Part shown: positions 29,433 through 38,019 of the stretch, in pieces
Layout of the letters: each line of letters begins with the position of its first letter
Position numbering within the stretch: the first letter of the stretch is position 1
Source: Fidelibacterota bacterium
GTDB lineage: Bacteria; Fidelibacterota; UBA8477; JABMPR01
Direction: 5' to 3'
Length of the DNA stretch: 64,000 bases
NCBI GenBank assembly: GCA_018650795.1
Contig: JABIFG010000231.1
Coordinates: 1,153-65,152 of the forward strand
Position numbers and translations under genes: made by a program
The notes under the pieces: generated by a model
Databases searched by the model: none
Seen by the model: only the letters and a program-made list of their open reading frames with translations
Told to the model about the DNA's origin: nothing

Positions 29433-29947
29433 TCTTCCGTCATCGATTCAATTATGAAATCAATCAGTTTTTCAATCGTTTCAGTATACGCATCTTCGCG
29501 TATTAGTTTTTCCGCATCACTTCGTTTCGCATTTTCGTCTTCACTAAAGTAGGTGCTAAAAACCGTAAAATTCTTTTTAAATAACTCTGTCTCACGAATA
29601 TGGTCATACCAGATAACCTCTCCGCGGAATTCAAGACGATATTCTAAAATATTTTCGTTCTCATCAAAGCTATTAGGTTTATCTGTTATACTATTAATTT
29701 TGCCTTCAATATGAGAATCAGGAGATTCTTTTACGGAAAGAGATAGCAATTGTTCGTTGAGCATTCTTTCTGTTAGTGCCTCTTCAAGATCTGTCTCAAC
29801 AGCAAATTCTGTCGTCAAATTCTTAAATGTGACCAACTCCACATCGTGAAGATGATCAGGGATACTCCCTTTAAATGAATAGATACCGCATCCAGCCATT
29901 ATCAGAGCTGTGTATAAGATTGAACTAATTGTCTTTAACAATTTCAT
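29426..29947 (-). CDS. lptE: LptE-family LPS-assembly lipoprotein
   Basis: Lipobox MAGC followed by GIYSFKG, F.N.T, and a C-terminal W. Confidence 0.75.
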
Positions 29948-31157
29948 ACTCTTTTATCTTTCTGTAGAGTGTTCGTTCAGCCATTTGAAGCGCTTGCGCA
30001 GTCTTGCGTTTATTAAAGTTGAACCTTTCAAGGCTTCGGGTGATGAGTTCCTTTTCAACCTGAGCTGCAGTGAGTTCACCGAGCATCTGAGGATTCAATA
30101 TTGCAGGAGAATCATCGTTAAGAATTTCATGGGTTTGCTCATCAGGCAAAACTTCCAGAGCAGGATGATATTCCTCGCCAGTGCTCTCCCCAGCAGGTCT
30201 GGCGACCAGTCCCTGGTCAAGCTGCTCCTTCATTTCAGCAATTTCTCTGCGTAGCATGAACAGTTGCTGCAAAATAAGCTCTCGTTCAGCCTGGTCCACA
30301 TTACGATCAAGTTTAACTGGAAGTAGCGGATTAAGTTCAGTTGGGCTTGATTCAGCATTTAGATACCGATAAATCACTTCCGTTTTTATCACTCCCCCTT
30401 TTTCAAGGATCACCATACTCTCAATGAAATTCTTTAATTCCCGAATATTACCTGGCCAACGATGTTGGCTCATCACTTTCAGGGCACCCTCTGAGAACCC
30501 TTTAAACAGAATTTGATTTCGGATAGCACAGTCATTAGCAAATTTATTGGCCAATATGGGGATATCATCACGTCGGTTACGTAAGGATGGCACTGTAATG
30601 GTAATGGCTTTGAGCCGATAAAATAAATCTTTCCTGAATGAACCTGACTCTACCTCTTTTTCCAGGTTTCTATTTGATGCAGCAACAATGCGTACATCCA
30701 CTCTCATGCGAGTGGATGATCCAACTGGCAAAAATTCTCCTTGTTCGAGAACACGCAAAAGTTTTACCTGTGTCTCCAGCGGAGTTTCACCAATTTCATC
30801 CAGAAAAATGGTTCCCCCATCTGCAGCCTGGAAATAACCTTTGCGGTCACTTTGAGCCCCAGTAAAAGCACCTTTTTTATGACCGAACAACTCACTTTCG
30901 ATAATACCGGCGGGTATGGCACCACAATTAACAATTACAAATGGTTTATGAGCCCTGCGTGAATGCGTATGCAGTGCTGAAGCAACAAGTTCTTTACCAG
31001 AACCACTTTCACCTGCAATCAACACTGAAATGTCTGTAGGTGCCACCTGCTCAATGGTTTCGAGCATGGACTGCACTCCAGCAGATTGGCCCAGGATTCC
31101 AAATTTTTTCTGTAAAGTGTCAGTTCGACTATTCTCAAAATACATAGAACTACTCAT
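29925..31157 (-). CDS. Sigma-54-dependent Fis-family transcriptional activator with no N-terminal receiver domain
   Basis: GESGSGKE, ESELFGHKKGAFTGA, FLDEIGE, FRKDLFYRL and WPGNIREL, with a C-terminal HTH ([11 protein letters not shown]). Confidence 0.94.
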   Translation of the reverse strand: MSSSMYFENSRTDTLQKKFGILGQSAGVQSMLETIEQVAPTDISVLIAGESGSGKELVASALHTHSRRAHKPFVIVNCGAIPAGIIESELFGHKKGAFTGAQSDRKGYFQAADGGTIFLDEIGETPLETQVKLLRVLEQGEFLPVGSSTRMRVDVRIVAASNRNLEKEVESGSFRKDLFYRLKAITITVPSLRNRRDDIPILANKFANDCAIRNQILFKGFSEGALKVMSQHRWPGNIRELKNFIESMVILEKGGVIKTEVIYRYLNAESSPTELNPLLPVKLDRNVDQAERELILQQLFMLRREIAEMKEQLDQGLVARPAGESTGEEYHPALEVLPDEQTHEILNDDSPAILNPQMLGELTAAQVEKELITRSLERFNFNKRKTAQALQMAERTLYRKIKEYEIVKDN

Positions 31158-31162
31158 AATAT

Positions 31163-33154
31163 TTATCGTTTCATCTCATTTTCGACCTTTTTGATCTCAT
31201 CCCTGATCATGGCCGCCTTTTCAAAATCGAGACCTTCAGCCGCCCCAAGCATATCCTGTCGCATGAGGTCAAGGAGCTCGCCGGTGACATATTCTGTATC
31301 ATATTTCTTAAGACTTTCCTTGATAGCTTCTTCTTTGCTATGCATGGCATCTGCAACACTCGTGATTCCCATAATTTCTTCAGGGGTTTTGTAAATTGTT
31401 ATCGGCACGATTCCGTGCTCTTTATTATAAGCAATTTGCTTTTCACGACGGTCTTGTGTCGTATCAATCAAGTATTGCATGCTGGCGGTCATTTTATCGG
31501 CGTATAGTATGACCTTTCCGGAAGCATGTCGGGCAGCACGTCCAGCTATTTGCATCAATGAGGTCTTACTCCTCAGAAATCCTTCTTTATCCGCATCAAT
31601 AATGGCGACCAGGGATACTTCAGGTAGATCTAAACCCTCTCTCAAGAGATTGATACCTACCAGAACATCAAATTCACCGAGGCGTAAATCCCGAAGAATG
31701 GAGATCCGCTTAATACTATCAATTTCAGAATGGAGATAGCGAACTCGCAAATGATAATTAGTGAGATAATCTGTCAGATCTTCAGACATGCGTTTTGTGA
31801 GTGTGACGACAAGAACGCGTTCTTTATTTTCAATGCGTTTATGGATTTCTTCCATGAGATCATCAATCTGACCTTCACTGGAGCGTACATCAATTTCAGG
31901 GTCGAGTAGTCCAGTTGGTCTAATAACCTGCTCAATAATTACTCCTTCCGATTTTTCTAACTCATAATCAGCAGGTGTTGCAGTAGTAAAAATGACCTGG
32001 TTCATAGAGTTTTCAAATTCAGGAAGTTTGAGAGGGCGGTTATCCAAGGCAGAAGGAAGACGAAAACCATAATCCACCAGATTCCTTTTCCGCGAATAGT
32101 CCCCATTATACATTCCACGGAACTGAGGCAGGGTAACGTGGGATTCATCGATAATCATGAGGAAGTCATCTGGGAAGAAATCCAACAAGGTAAACGGCCT
32201 TTCGCCTGGTTGGCGACCAGTGAGATGGCGGCTATAATTCTCTATGCCAGAACAATGCCCAACTTCTCTTAACATCTCCATGTCGAACTTTGTACGCTGC
32301 TCAATTCGCTGTGCTTCAAGGAGCTGATTATTGATACGAAACTCCTGGACTTGTTCCTTCAACTCTTCTTCTATCTTACTTAAAGCCTTGGCAATATGCT
32401 CATCTGTGGTTACAAAATGCCTGGCAGGATAGACGACGCATACATCATCCTCTGAAACGACCTCTCCTGTAAGGGGATCAATTGTCATGATATCTGTAAC
32501 CTGGTTGCCCCAGAACTCTATACGAATAGCGTTTTCATTATAGGCTGGATAAATCTCAAGTACATCACCCCGGACCCTGAATTTTCCTCGCATAAAGTTG
32601 ACGTCATTGCGCTCATAATAGATATCAACCAATTTGCGCATGAGAGCACGTTGGTTATAACTTTGACCTTTGTTAATAATCACCAGTGATTTTTTGTATT
32701 CCTGGGGATCTCCCAAGCCATAGATGCATGAAACTGAGGCTACTACAATGACATCTTTGCGGGAGAGTAACGCACTAGTTGCCTTTAAGCGTAGTTTGTC
32801 AATTTCTTCATTCATCGACATGTCTTTCTCGATGAATGTATCCGTCACAGGTAGATAGGCTTCAGGCTGATAATAGTCATAATACGAGATAAAATACTCA
32901 ACAGCGTTCTCAGGAAAAAAGGACTTGAATTCACCATAAAGTTGGGCGGCTAGGGTTTTATTATGAGATACAATGAGAGTGGGCTTTTTAACAGCCTGAA
33001 TCACATTAGCTACAGTGTATGTCTTACCACTACCTGTTACACCAAGCAAGGTTTGGAAAGGAGATCCTGACTTTATCCCACTGATTAATTCTTCAATTGC
33101 TTCAGGTTGATCGCCACTGGGTAAATAATCTGTTTTTAGTTTAAATTCTGCCAT
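31163..33154 (-). CDS. uvrB: Excinuclease ABC subunit B
   Basis: [43 protein letters not shown] and a C-terminal UVR motif. Likely start MAEFKL at 33154. Confidence 0.98.
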   Translation of the reverse strand: MAEFKLKTDYLPSGDQPEAIEELISGIKSGSPFQTLLGVTGSGKTYTVANVIQAVKKPTLIVSHNKTLAAQLYGEFKSFFPENAVEYFISYYDYYQPEAYLPVTDTFIEKDMSMNEEIDKLRLKATSALLSRKDVIVVASVSCIYGLGDPQEYKKSLVIINKGQSYNQRALMRKLVDIYYERNDVNFMRGKFRVRGDVLEIYPAYNENAIRIEFWGNQVTDIMTIDPLTGEVVSEDDVCVVYPARHFVTTDEHIAKALSKIEEELKEQVQEFRINNQLLEAQRIEQRTKFDMEMLREVGHCSGIENYSRHLTGRQPGERPFTLLDFFPDDFLMIIDESHVTLPQFRGMYNGDYSRKRNLVDYGFRLPSALDNRPLKLPEFENSMNQVIFTTATPADYELEKSEGVIIEQVIRPTGLLDPEIDVRSSEGQIDDLMEEIHKRIENKERVLVVTLTKRMSEDLTDYLTNYHLRVRYLHSEIDSIKRISILRDLRLGEFDVLVGINLLREGLDLPEVSLVAIIDADKEGFLRSKTSLMQIAGRAARHASGKVILYADKMTASMQYLIDTTQDRREKQIAYNKEHGIVPITIYKTPEEIMGITSVADAMHSKEEAIKESLKKYDTEYVTGELLDLMRQDMLGAAEGLDFEKAAMIRDEIKKVENEMKR

Positions 33155-33265
33155 ATTGACATAAAATATACATATATGACAGAGAATCAACACCCAAGAG
33201 TGCCAGAGATATTATTTTCTTCTTACTAAAACCTTCCATTTGCATTCACATCAGGATGCCCTAAA

Positions 33266-35053
33266 ATGCTACCTATGCCAGACAATCAAACGATCATCTT
33301 CTTCGCGATACTTATCCTCTCCATCATCGCCTTTATCCGAGAGTGGTTTCCTATTGAAGTCACTTCCCTTTTAGTGCTGTCCGCATTACTGCTCTCGGGT
33401 CTTATAGATAAGCATCAAGCCATTAGCGGTTTTTCCAATAAAGCCGTTATCACAATTGGTGCCATGTTCATTTTAAGTCATGCATTTACCAAGACAGGAT
33501 TTATACGCGTTTTTACAGTTTGGTTGGAGAATAATGGTCGGGGTAGAAATTGGTTGGTAACTACTCTATTTATGTTTTCAGTAAGTATATTTTCTGCATT
33601 TATCAATAACACGGCTACAGTGGCCATTCTTATCCCAGTTGCCACTGAGCTATCCCATCGCTTAAAAATTAGTGCCTCAAAAATAATGATGCCCCTCTCT
33701 TTTGCCGCTATTGTTGGAGGTACATGTACGGTTATTGGGACATCTACAAATCTGATCGTCAATGATATCGCATTTGAAGCAGGGTTTCACATAGGCGTTT
33801 TTGAATTGAGCAAGTTGGGTATCATCCTGGTTGCAGCCACCCTGGTATATATCTTGATCGCTCAGAGATGGATTTTGCCTTCACGAGTTCCTGTTTCTGG
33901 GCTTACCAAAAAATATCACCTGGGTACCTATCTTACTGAAGTCGTAATCCCAAAGGAATCACCATTGAATGGGCGTAATTTTATGGATTTAAACCTTGGA
34001 CAGGCCTATGAATTGACTGTTCTTGAAATAATCCGTCGAGGCAATCATATCACAACAAATTTGAGAAACATTGTTCTCAAGGAAGATGATATTCTCCTGG
34101 TCCAGTGTTCTGTTGATAAACTTCAATTATTCCGTTCGGAGCAAAAAGTTTTACTCCTGACAGATGTCAAAATGAATGACAACGAATTGGCTGATAATGA
34201 AAATATTCTTATGGAAGCCATGATCTCACCCAATTCAAGGCTGGCAGGCTCATCACTTATGGAGGTTGACTTCAGACGTCGGTATGGATTATTCGTTCTT
34301 GCTGTTCGCCGCTATCAAGAACTGATGCGGACCAAAGTCGCTCATGTTAAATTGAAGCATTTTGATACTCTGTTAATTTTTGGCTCTAGAACAAGAATGG
34401 CGGCTTTGAACACGGATCCCAATTTTATCATTTTGGAAGAATTAGATACAAAGCTTCACAAAATAAAATTTTGGTGGCTTGCAGTGGCTATTATACCAAT
34501 CGTCGTTGGTGTTGCAGCTCTAAATATCTTATCCATTATGGAAGCATCACTTCTGGGAGCGATTCTGGTAATGGCAACAGGTATTGTACCTTCTCAGGAA
34601 GCTTATAAATCCATAAACTGGACAGTTATCTTTTTAATAGCTGCTCTGATTCCTCTGGGAGATGCGATGGACACCATTCATCTGTCAGATAGAATTGGTG
34701 GGCTAATTACTTCAGCCAGCAGTCAATTTGGTGATATTGGACTCATTGGTATACTATTTTTTATAACCATGCTGATGACTTCTTTTCTATCTCATACTGC
34801 AACAGCGATCATCATGACCCCTCTTGCTATAAAATCTGCTGGTGTTTTGGGTCTTGACCCCATGCCCTTTATCATGACGATTATGTTTGCTGCATCGCTT
34901 TCATTCATGACCCCAAATGGATATCAAACTAATACCATGGTTTTCTCACCGGGTGGTTATCGTTATATGGATTTCATGCGGGCAGGTATCCCCTTACACA
35001 TCATTCTTGGAATCATAGGGGTTATCCTCATTCCAATTATCTGGCCTCTATAG
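33266..35053 (+). CDS. SLC13/CitMHS-family permease with two TrkA-C domains
   Basis: SGFSN, SAFINNTATV, GGTCTVIGTSTN and TPNGYQTNTMV...GGYRYMDF, with soluble RCK-C repeats in the middle. Confidence 0.92.
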   Translation: MLPMPDNQTIIFFAILILSIIAFIREWFPIEVTSLLVLSALLLSGLIDKHQAISGFSNKAVITIGAMFILSHAFTKTGFIRVFTVWLENNGRGRNWLVTTLFMFSVSIFSAFINNTATVAILIPVATELSHRLKISASKIMMPLSFAAIVGGTCTVIGTSTNLIVNDIAFEAGFHIGVFELSKLGIILVAATLVYILIAQRWILPSRVPVSGLTKKYHLGTYLTEVVIPKESPLNGRNFMDLNLGQAYELTVLEIIRRGNHITTNLRNIVLKEDDILLVQCSVDKLQLFRSEQKVLLLTDVKMNDNELADNENILMEAMISPNSRLAGSSLMEVDFRRRYGLFVLAVRRYQELMRTKVAHVKLKHFDTLLIFGSRTRMAALNTDPNFIILEELDTKLHKIKFWWLAVAIIPIVVGVAALNILSIMEASLLGAILVMATGIVPSQEAYKSINWTVIFLIAALIPLGDAMDTIHLSDRIGGLITSASSQFGDIGLIGILFFITMLMTSFLSHTATAIIMTPLAIKSAGVLGLDPMPFIMTIMFAASLSFMTPNGYQTNTMVFSPGGYRYMDFMRAGIPLHIILGIIGVILIPIIWPL

Positions 35054-35088
35054 CCTCAACCTCATATATATAGGAACACGCGCTATAC

Positions 35089-35116
35089 AAAAACACCCGA
35101 ATTAATTCGGGTGTTG
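35089..35116 (-). terminator. Intrinsic terminator after the GIY-YIG gene
   Basis: AACACCCGAA-ttaa-TTCGGGTGTT with a T-tract on the minus strand, between convergent genes. Confidence 0.75.
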
Positions 35117-35151
35117 AAGGTACTTCACCCGTAATAAAGCATAATTAATTG

Positions 35152-35391
35152 TTAGAAGTGTTTTGATGCAAATGCACTATCAGAATGTGACTTGAGATAT
35201 TTTTCGAAGATAATGGCTTTGTCTTCGGTTTCAAAAGTGATCAGTGTTTCGATTACCCATGGTTTATAACTGGCAGTACTTTTTACCTCACCATAATTGT
35301 GTTTCACTATCCTTTTAGAAATGTTAGTGGTATAGCCTGTGTAATGTCTCCCAGTGTATTTTTCAGATCGTAAGATATATACATAGCACAT
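35152..35391 (-). CDS. Small GIY-YIG nuclease family protein
   Basis: YVYILRS...HYTGYT...RIVKHN.G...T..YKPW...A..FEKYLKS. GGAG lies 8 nt before ATG 35391. Confidence 0.88.
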   Translation of the reverse strand: MCYVYILRSEKYTGRHYTGYTTNISKRIVKHNYGEVKSTASYKPWVIETLITFETEDKAIIFEKYLKSHSDSAFASKHF

Positions 35392-35523
35392 AACATAGTC
35401 TCCCATAGCCAGCCTGCTCGGGCGTAGTTCGAATGTAGTTGTCTTGGATAAATGTTTCCCGGCTTTGCTTTTAGCTACGCGCGGGGTAGTCTTCGTTCTT
35501 CATGTTATTCGAACGAAGCCTAG

Positions 35524-35606
35524 CGGAGGTGGAGAGACTCGAACTCCCAAGTCCTCACGGACGGCGGTTTTCAAAACCGCTGACTTACCAATTAGCCTAC
35601 ACCTCC
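35524..35606 (-). tRNA. tRNA-Ser (anticodon UGA)
   Basis: Acceptor stem GGAGGTG/CACCTCC with G73. Anticodon arm GCGGT-TTTGAAA-ACCGC, long variable arm, GTTCGAG T-loop. CCA not encoded. Confidence 0.93.
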
Positions 35607-35646
35607 AGTGTAGCAGTGTATCATTTTTTCGCCAGTAAATATGGGA

Positions 35647-35731
35647 AAAAATGCGGAGACGGTAGGATTAGCTGAGCGTCGTCCCTACGGGACTCCCTCG
35701 CTTTACTACGCTACGCTCCGTTTCGAACCTA
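35647..35731 (-). repeat. Duplicated 3' end of tRNA-Ser(GCU), interrupted in the T-loop by a 52-bp structured insert
   Basis: 35647-35669 is identical to 35776-35798 (AAAAATGCGGAGACGGTAGGATT). The match resumes at 35722-35731 (TTCGAACCTA). Confidence 0.85.
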
Positions 35732-35782
35732 TTATTCAAGCAATTTGTGCTTGTTCGAATATAAGATTCTCTGTCAAAAATG

Positions 35783-35869
35783 CGGAGACGGTAGGATTCG
35801 AACCTACGGTACGCCAAAACGTACAACGGCTTAGCAAGCCGCCGCCTTAAGCCACTCGGCCACGTCTCC
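35783..35869 (-). tRNA. tRNA-Ser (anticodon GCU)
   Basis: Acceptor stem GGAGACG/CGTCTCC with G73. TGGCCGAGTGG D-arm, GCGGC-TTGCTAA-GCCGT anticodon arm, long variable arm, GGTTCGAATCC. Confidence 0.96.
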
Positions 35870-35933
35870 GTATTGAAAAAGCGCGCAAATATAAACCTGC
35901 CCAATCTGAGGACAAATGAAAAGTGAGATGCCC

Positions 35934-36647
35934 CTATTTCAATTCGTGTTTTGGACCAAATCTCTGGCTGACATAGATAAATGGGGTATCGATAAATGCT
36001 ACAATAAGTTTTAGAATATAGGTTGTAAGTACTATCTCCCAGACGACGGACATCGGTAATACACTATCCGGATTTAAAAACAATCTTGGAAAAACGGCAA
36101 AGGCAAGAATTGCAAATGTAATGGAATCAATTAATTGACTGGAAGCCGTTGAAAGATTATTTCTAACCCAAAGTAATTTTCCTTCAAATTTATTTTTCCA
36201 AAAATGGAAGGCCCAGATATCATGCAGTTGTGATATCAGATAAGCAATTACACTCGCCAGAACGATACCAGGAGCAAAACTAAAGATAGTGTCCATTCCC
36301 GCAGAAGCACCCCAGTCATTTGGACTGGCAGTATAAGTAATCATAAATTGGGACATGACCAGATAAAACAATGTCGCTCCTAAGCCGATGAATACACCCT
36401 TACGAGCTGCTTCCTTTCCATAATATTCTGAAAGAATATCTGTACTGAGAAAAATTGCTCCATAAAGGACATTCCCACCTGTAGCCTCAAAGCCAAAAAG
36501 AGTGATGGTTTTAGTGACGAAAATGTTGGCCAGGACATAATTGACAGCAATTAAGGCATAGAGCCAGTTTTTGCCCATTCGAAATGCCATAAGAACCATA
36601 CCCAATCCAATTAGGGTCTGAATGAAAAATATTAATTCGTTACTCAT
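35934..36647 (-). CDS. Queuosine precursor transporter (YhhQ/VUT family)
   Basis: ANIFVTK, GNVLYGAIFLSTDILSEYYG, ASVIAYLISQLHD, RNNLST..SQLIDS and DTPFIY. Confidence 0.9.
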   Translation of the reverse strand: MSNELIFFIQTLIGLGMVLMAFRMGKNWLYALIAVNYVLANIFVTKTITLFGFEATGGNVLYGAIFLSTDILSEYYGKEAARKGVFIGLGATLFYLVMSQFMITYTASPNDWGASAGMDTIFSFAPGIVLASVIAYLISQLHDIWAFHFWKNKFEGKLLWVRNNLSTASSQLIDSITFAILAFAVFPRLFLNPDSVLPMSVVWEIVLTTYILKLIVAFIDTPFIYVSQRFGPKHELK

Positions 36648-37062
36648 GAGTCTGATTCCATTTCTTTTCAAGAACTTGTTTCAACGAATCTGGCATTCGT
36701 GTTGGTTTCCCATTCATTTTAACAAATGCGTGGATGGTTTTCCCCCGGTTTAATACCTTTTCCGGCTCATCATCATTGACCAGGGTGTAATGAATCTCCA
36801 TCTTCCCTTTGGGCCATTGTTTTACTTCAGTAATACAGGTTAAATGATCGTCAAATCCGGGTCCTGCGAAATAATCCGATTCACTACGCACCACGGGCAT
36901 CATAATACCCTCTGCTTCCAGTGCTTTATATGTGAGTCCCAAATCTCGCATCATGTCCGTTCTGGCAGCCTCGAAATATTCATAATATCTGGAGTAGTAC
37001 ATGACCCCCATCTGGTCAATATCTTTATACCGAACTTTAAAGTGATAGCCGTAATGGATCAT
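36640..37062 (-). CDS. Acyl-CoA thioesterase (YbgC/FadM hot-dog family)
   Basis: VRYKDIDQMGVMYYSRYYEYFEAART. Confidence 0.92.
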   Translation of the reverse strand: MIHYGYHFKVRYKDIDQMGVMYYSRYYEYFEAARTDMMRDLGLTYKALEAEGIMMPVVRSESDYFAGPGFDDHLTCITEVKQWPKGKMEIHYTLVNDDEPEKVLNRGKTIHAFVKMNGKPTRMPDSLKQVLEKKWNQTHE

Positions 37063-38018
37063 TCGCCTTCCCAGGCACCCATATTCTCAATCTTATTGAT
37101 TCGTTTTTTGATCATCTCATCTACGGAAATTTCAGATATAATATTGAGTTCTTCGAGGATAACATCTTTCAGTATCTTTGCAGTTCCCTTATAGTCACGA
37201 TGAGCACCACCCAGGGGTTCCTTAATGATTCTATCTGCAATTCCCATCTCCAGGAGATCTGTGGCTGTAACACGCATTGCCTCAGCAGCCTTTTTCTTCT
37301 GAGTAGCATCTCTGTAAAGAATTGATGCGCAACCCTCCGGAGAAATCACTGAGTACCAGGTGTTTTCCAACATGATAAGTCTATCCCCTACGCCGATACC
37401 AAGTGCACCACCGGATGCCCCCTCCCCAATGACAATGACAATAATGGGAACTGACAAATGACTCATTTCAAAAAGATTGCGTGCAATGGCTTCTGCCTGA
37501 CCACGTTCTTCAGCTTCCAATCCTGGATAGGCGCCAATTGTGTCTACTAATGTGACCACTGGCAAACCATATTTTTCTGCTAATTTCATATGGCGTAATG
37601 CTTTTCGGTACCCCTCAGGATAAGGCATACCAAAATTGCGGTACAGATTATCCTTTGTGGAACGTCCTTTTTGCTGACCTATCATGATCATGCGTTGATC
37701 ACCTATTCGGGCAATACCACTCACAATCGCCTTATCATCACCAAACAAACGGTCTCCATGAAGTTCAATCCAGGAATCACACATGAGGTCGATTAAGTCA
37801 AGAGCGTGGGGACGATCAGCATGACGTGCGAGCTCAACCCGCTGCCAGCGAGAAAGACTTTTATTTATCTTGATAGATTGTTCGACGAGTTTTTTTCGAA
37901 GTTTTTTAATCTCCTTTTTCATATCCACATTTGAGTCACCGGACATGATTTCCATTTCAATGATCTTTTGTTCCAGATCGTGAATTGGTTTTTCAAACTC
38001 TAATACTGTTTTACCCAT
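37059..38018 (-). CDS. accA: Acetyl-CoA carboxylase carboxyltransferase alpha subunit
   Basis: LEFEKPI, ELHGDR, NFGMPYPEGYRKA, GEGASGGAL and YSVISPEGCA. Confidence 0.98.
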   Translation of the reverse strand: MGKTVLEFEKPIHDLEQKIIEMEIMSGDSNVDMKKEIKKLRKKLVEQSIKINKSLSRWQRVELARHADRPHALDLIDLMCDSWIELHGDRLFGDDKAIVSGIARIGDQRMIMIGQQKGRSTKDNLYRNFGMPYPEGYRKALRHMKLAEKYGLPVVTLVDTIGAYPGLEAEERGQAEAIARNLFEMSHLSVPIIVIVIGEGASGGALGIGVGDRLIMLENTWYSVISPEGCASILYRDATQKKKAAEAMRVTATDLLEMGIADRIIKEPLGGAHRDYKGTAKILKDVILEELNIISEISVDEMIKKRINKIENMGAWEGE

Positions 38019-38019
38019 A

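Noticed and set aside
35524-35606. Possible tRNA-Sec, because the plus strand shows GCGGT-TTTCAAA-ACCGC (a UCA anticodon)
   Set aside because: The T-loop (GTTCGAG), the D-loop GG and G73 only read correctly on the minus strand. That gives a 7-bp acceptor stem and anticodon UGA, which is tRNA-Ser.
35444-35904. Short ORFs 35444..35638, 35641..35850 and 35668..35904
   Set aside because: They overlap the two tRNA genes. Their repeated peptide (KNAETVG) just reflects the tRNA 3' duplication.
35934-36700. preQ1 riboswitch ahead of the queuosine precursor transporter
   Set aside because: The gene overlaps the upstream thioesterase, leaving no leader, and I saw no preQ1 motif.
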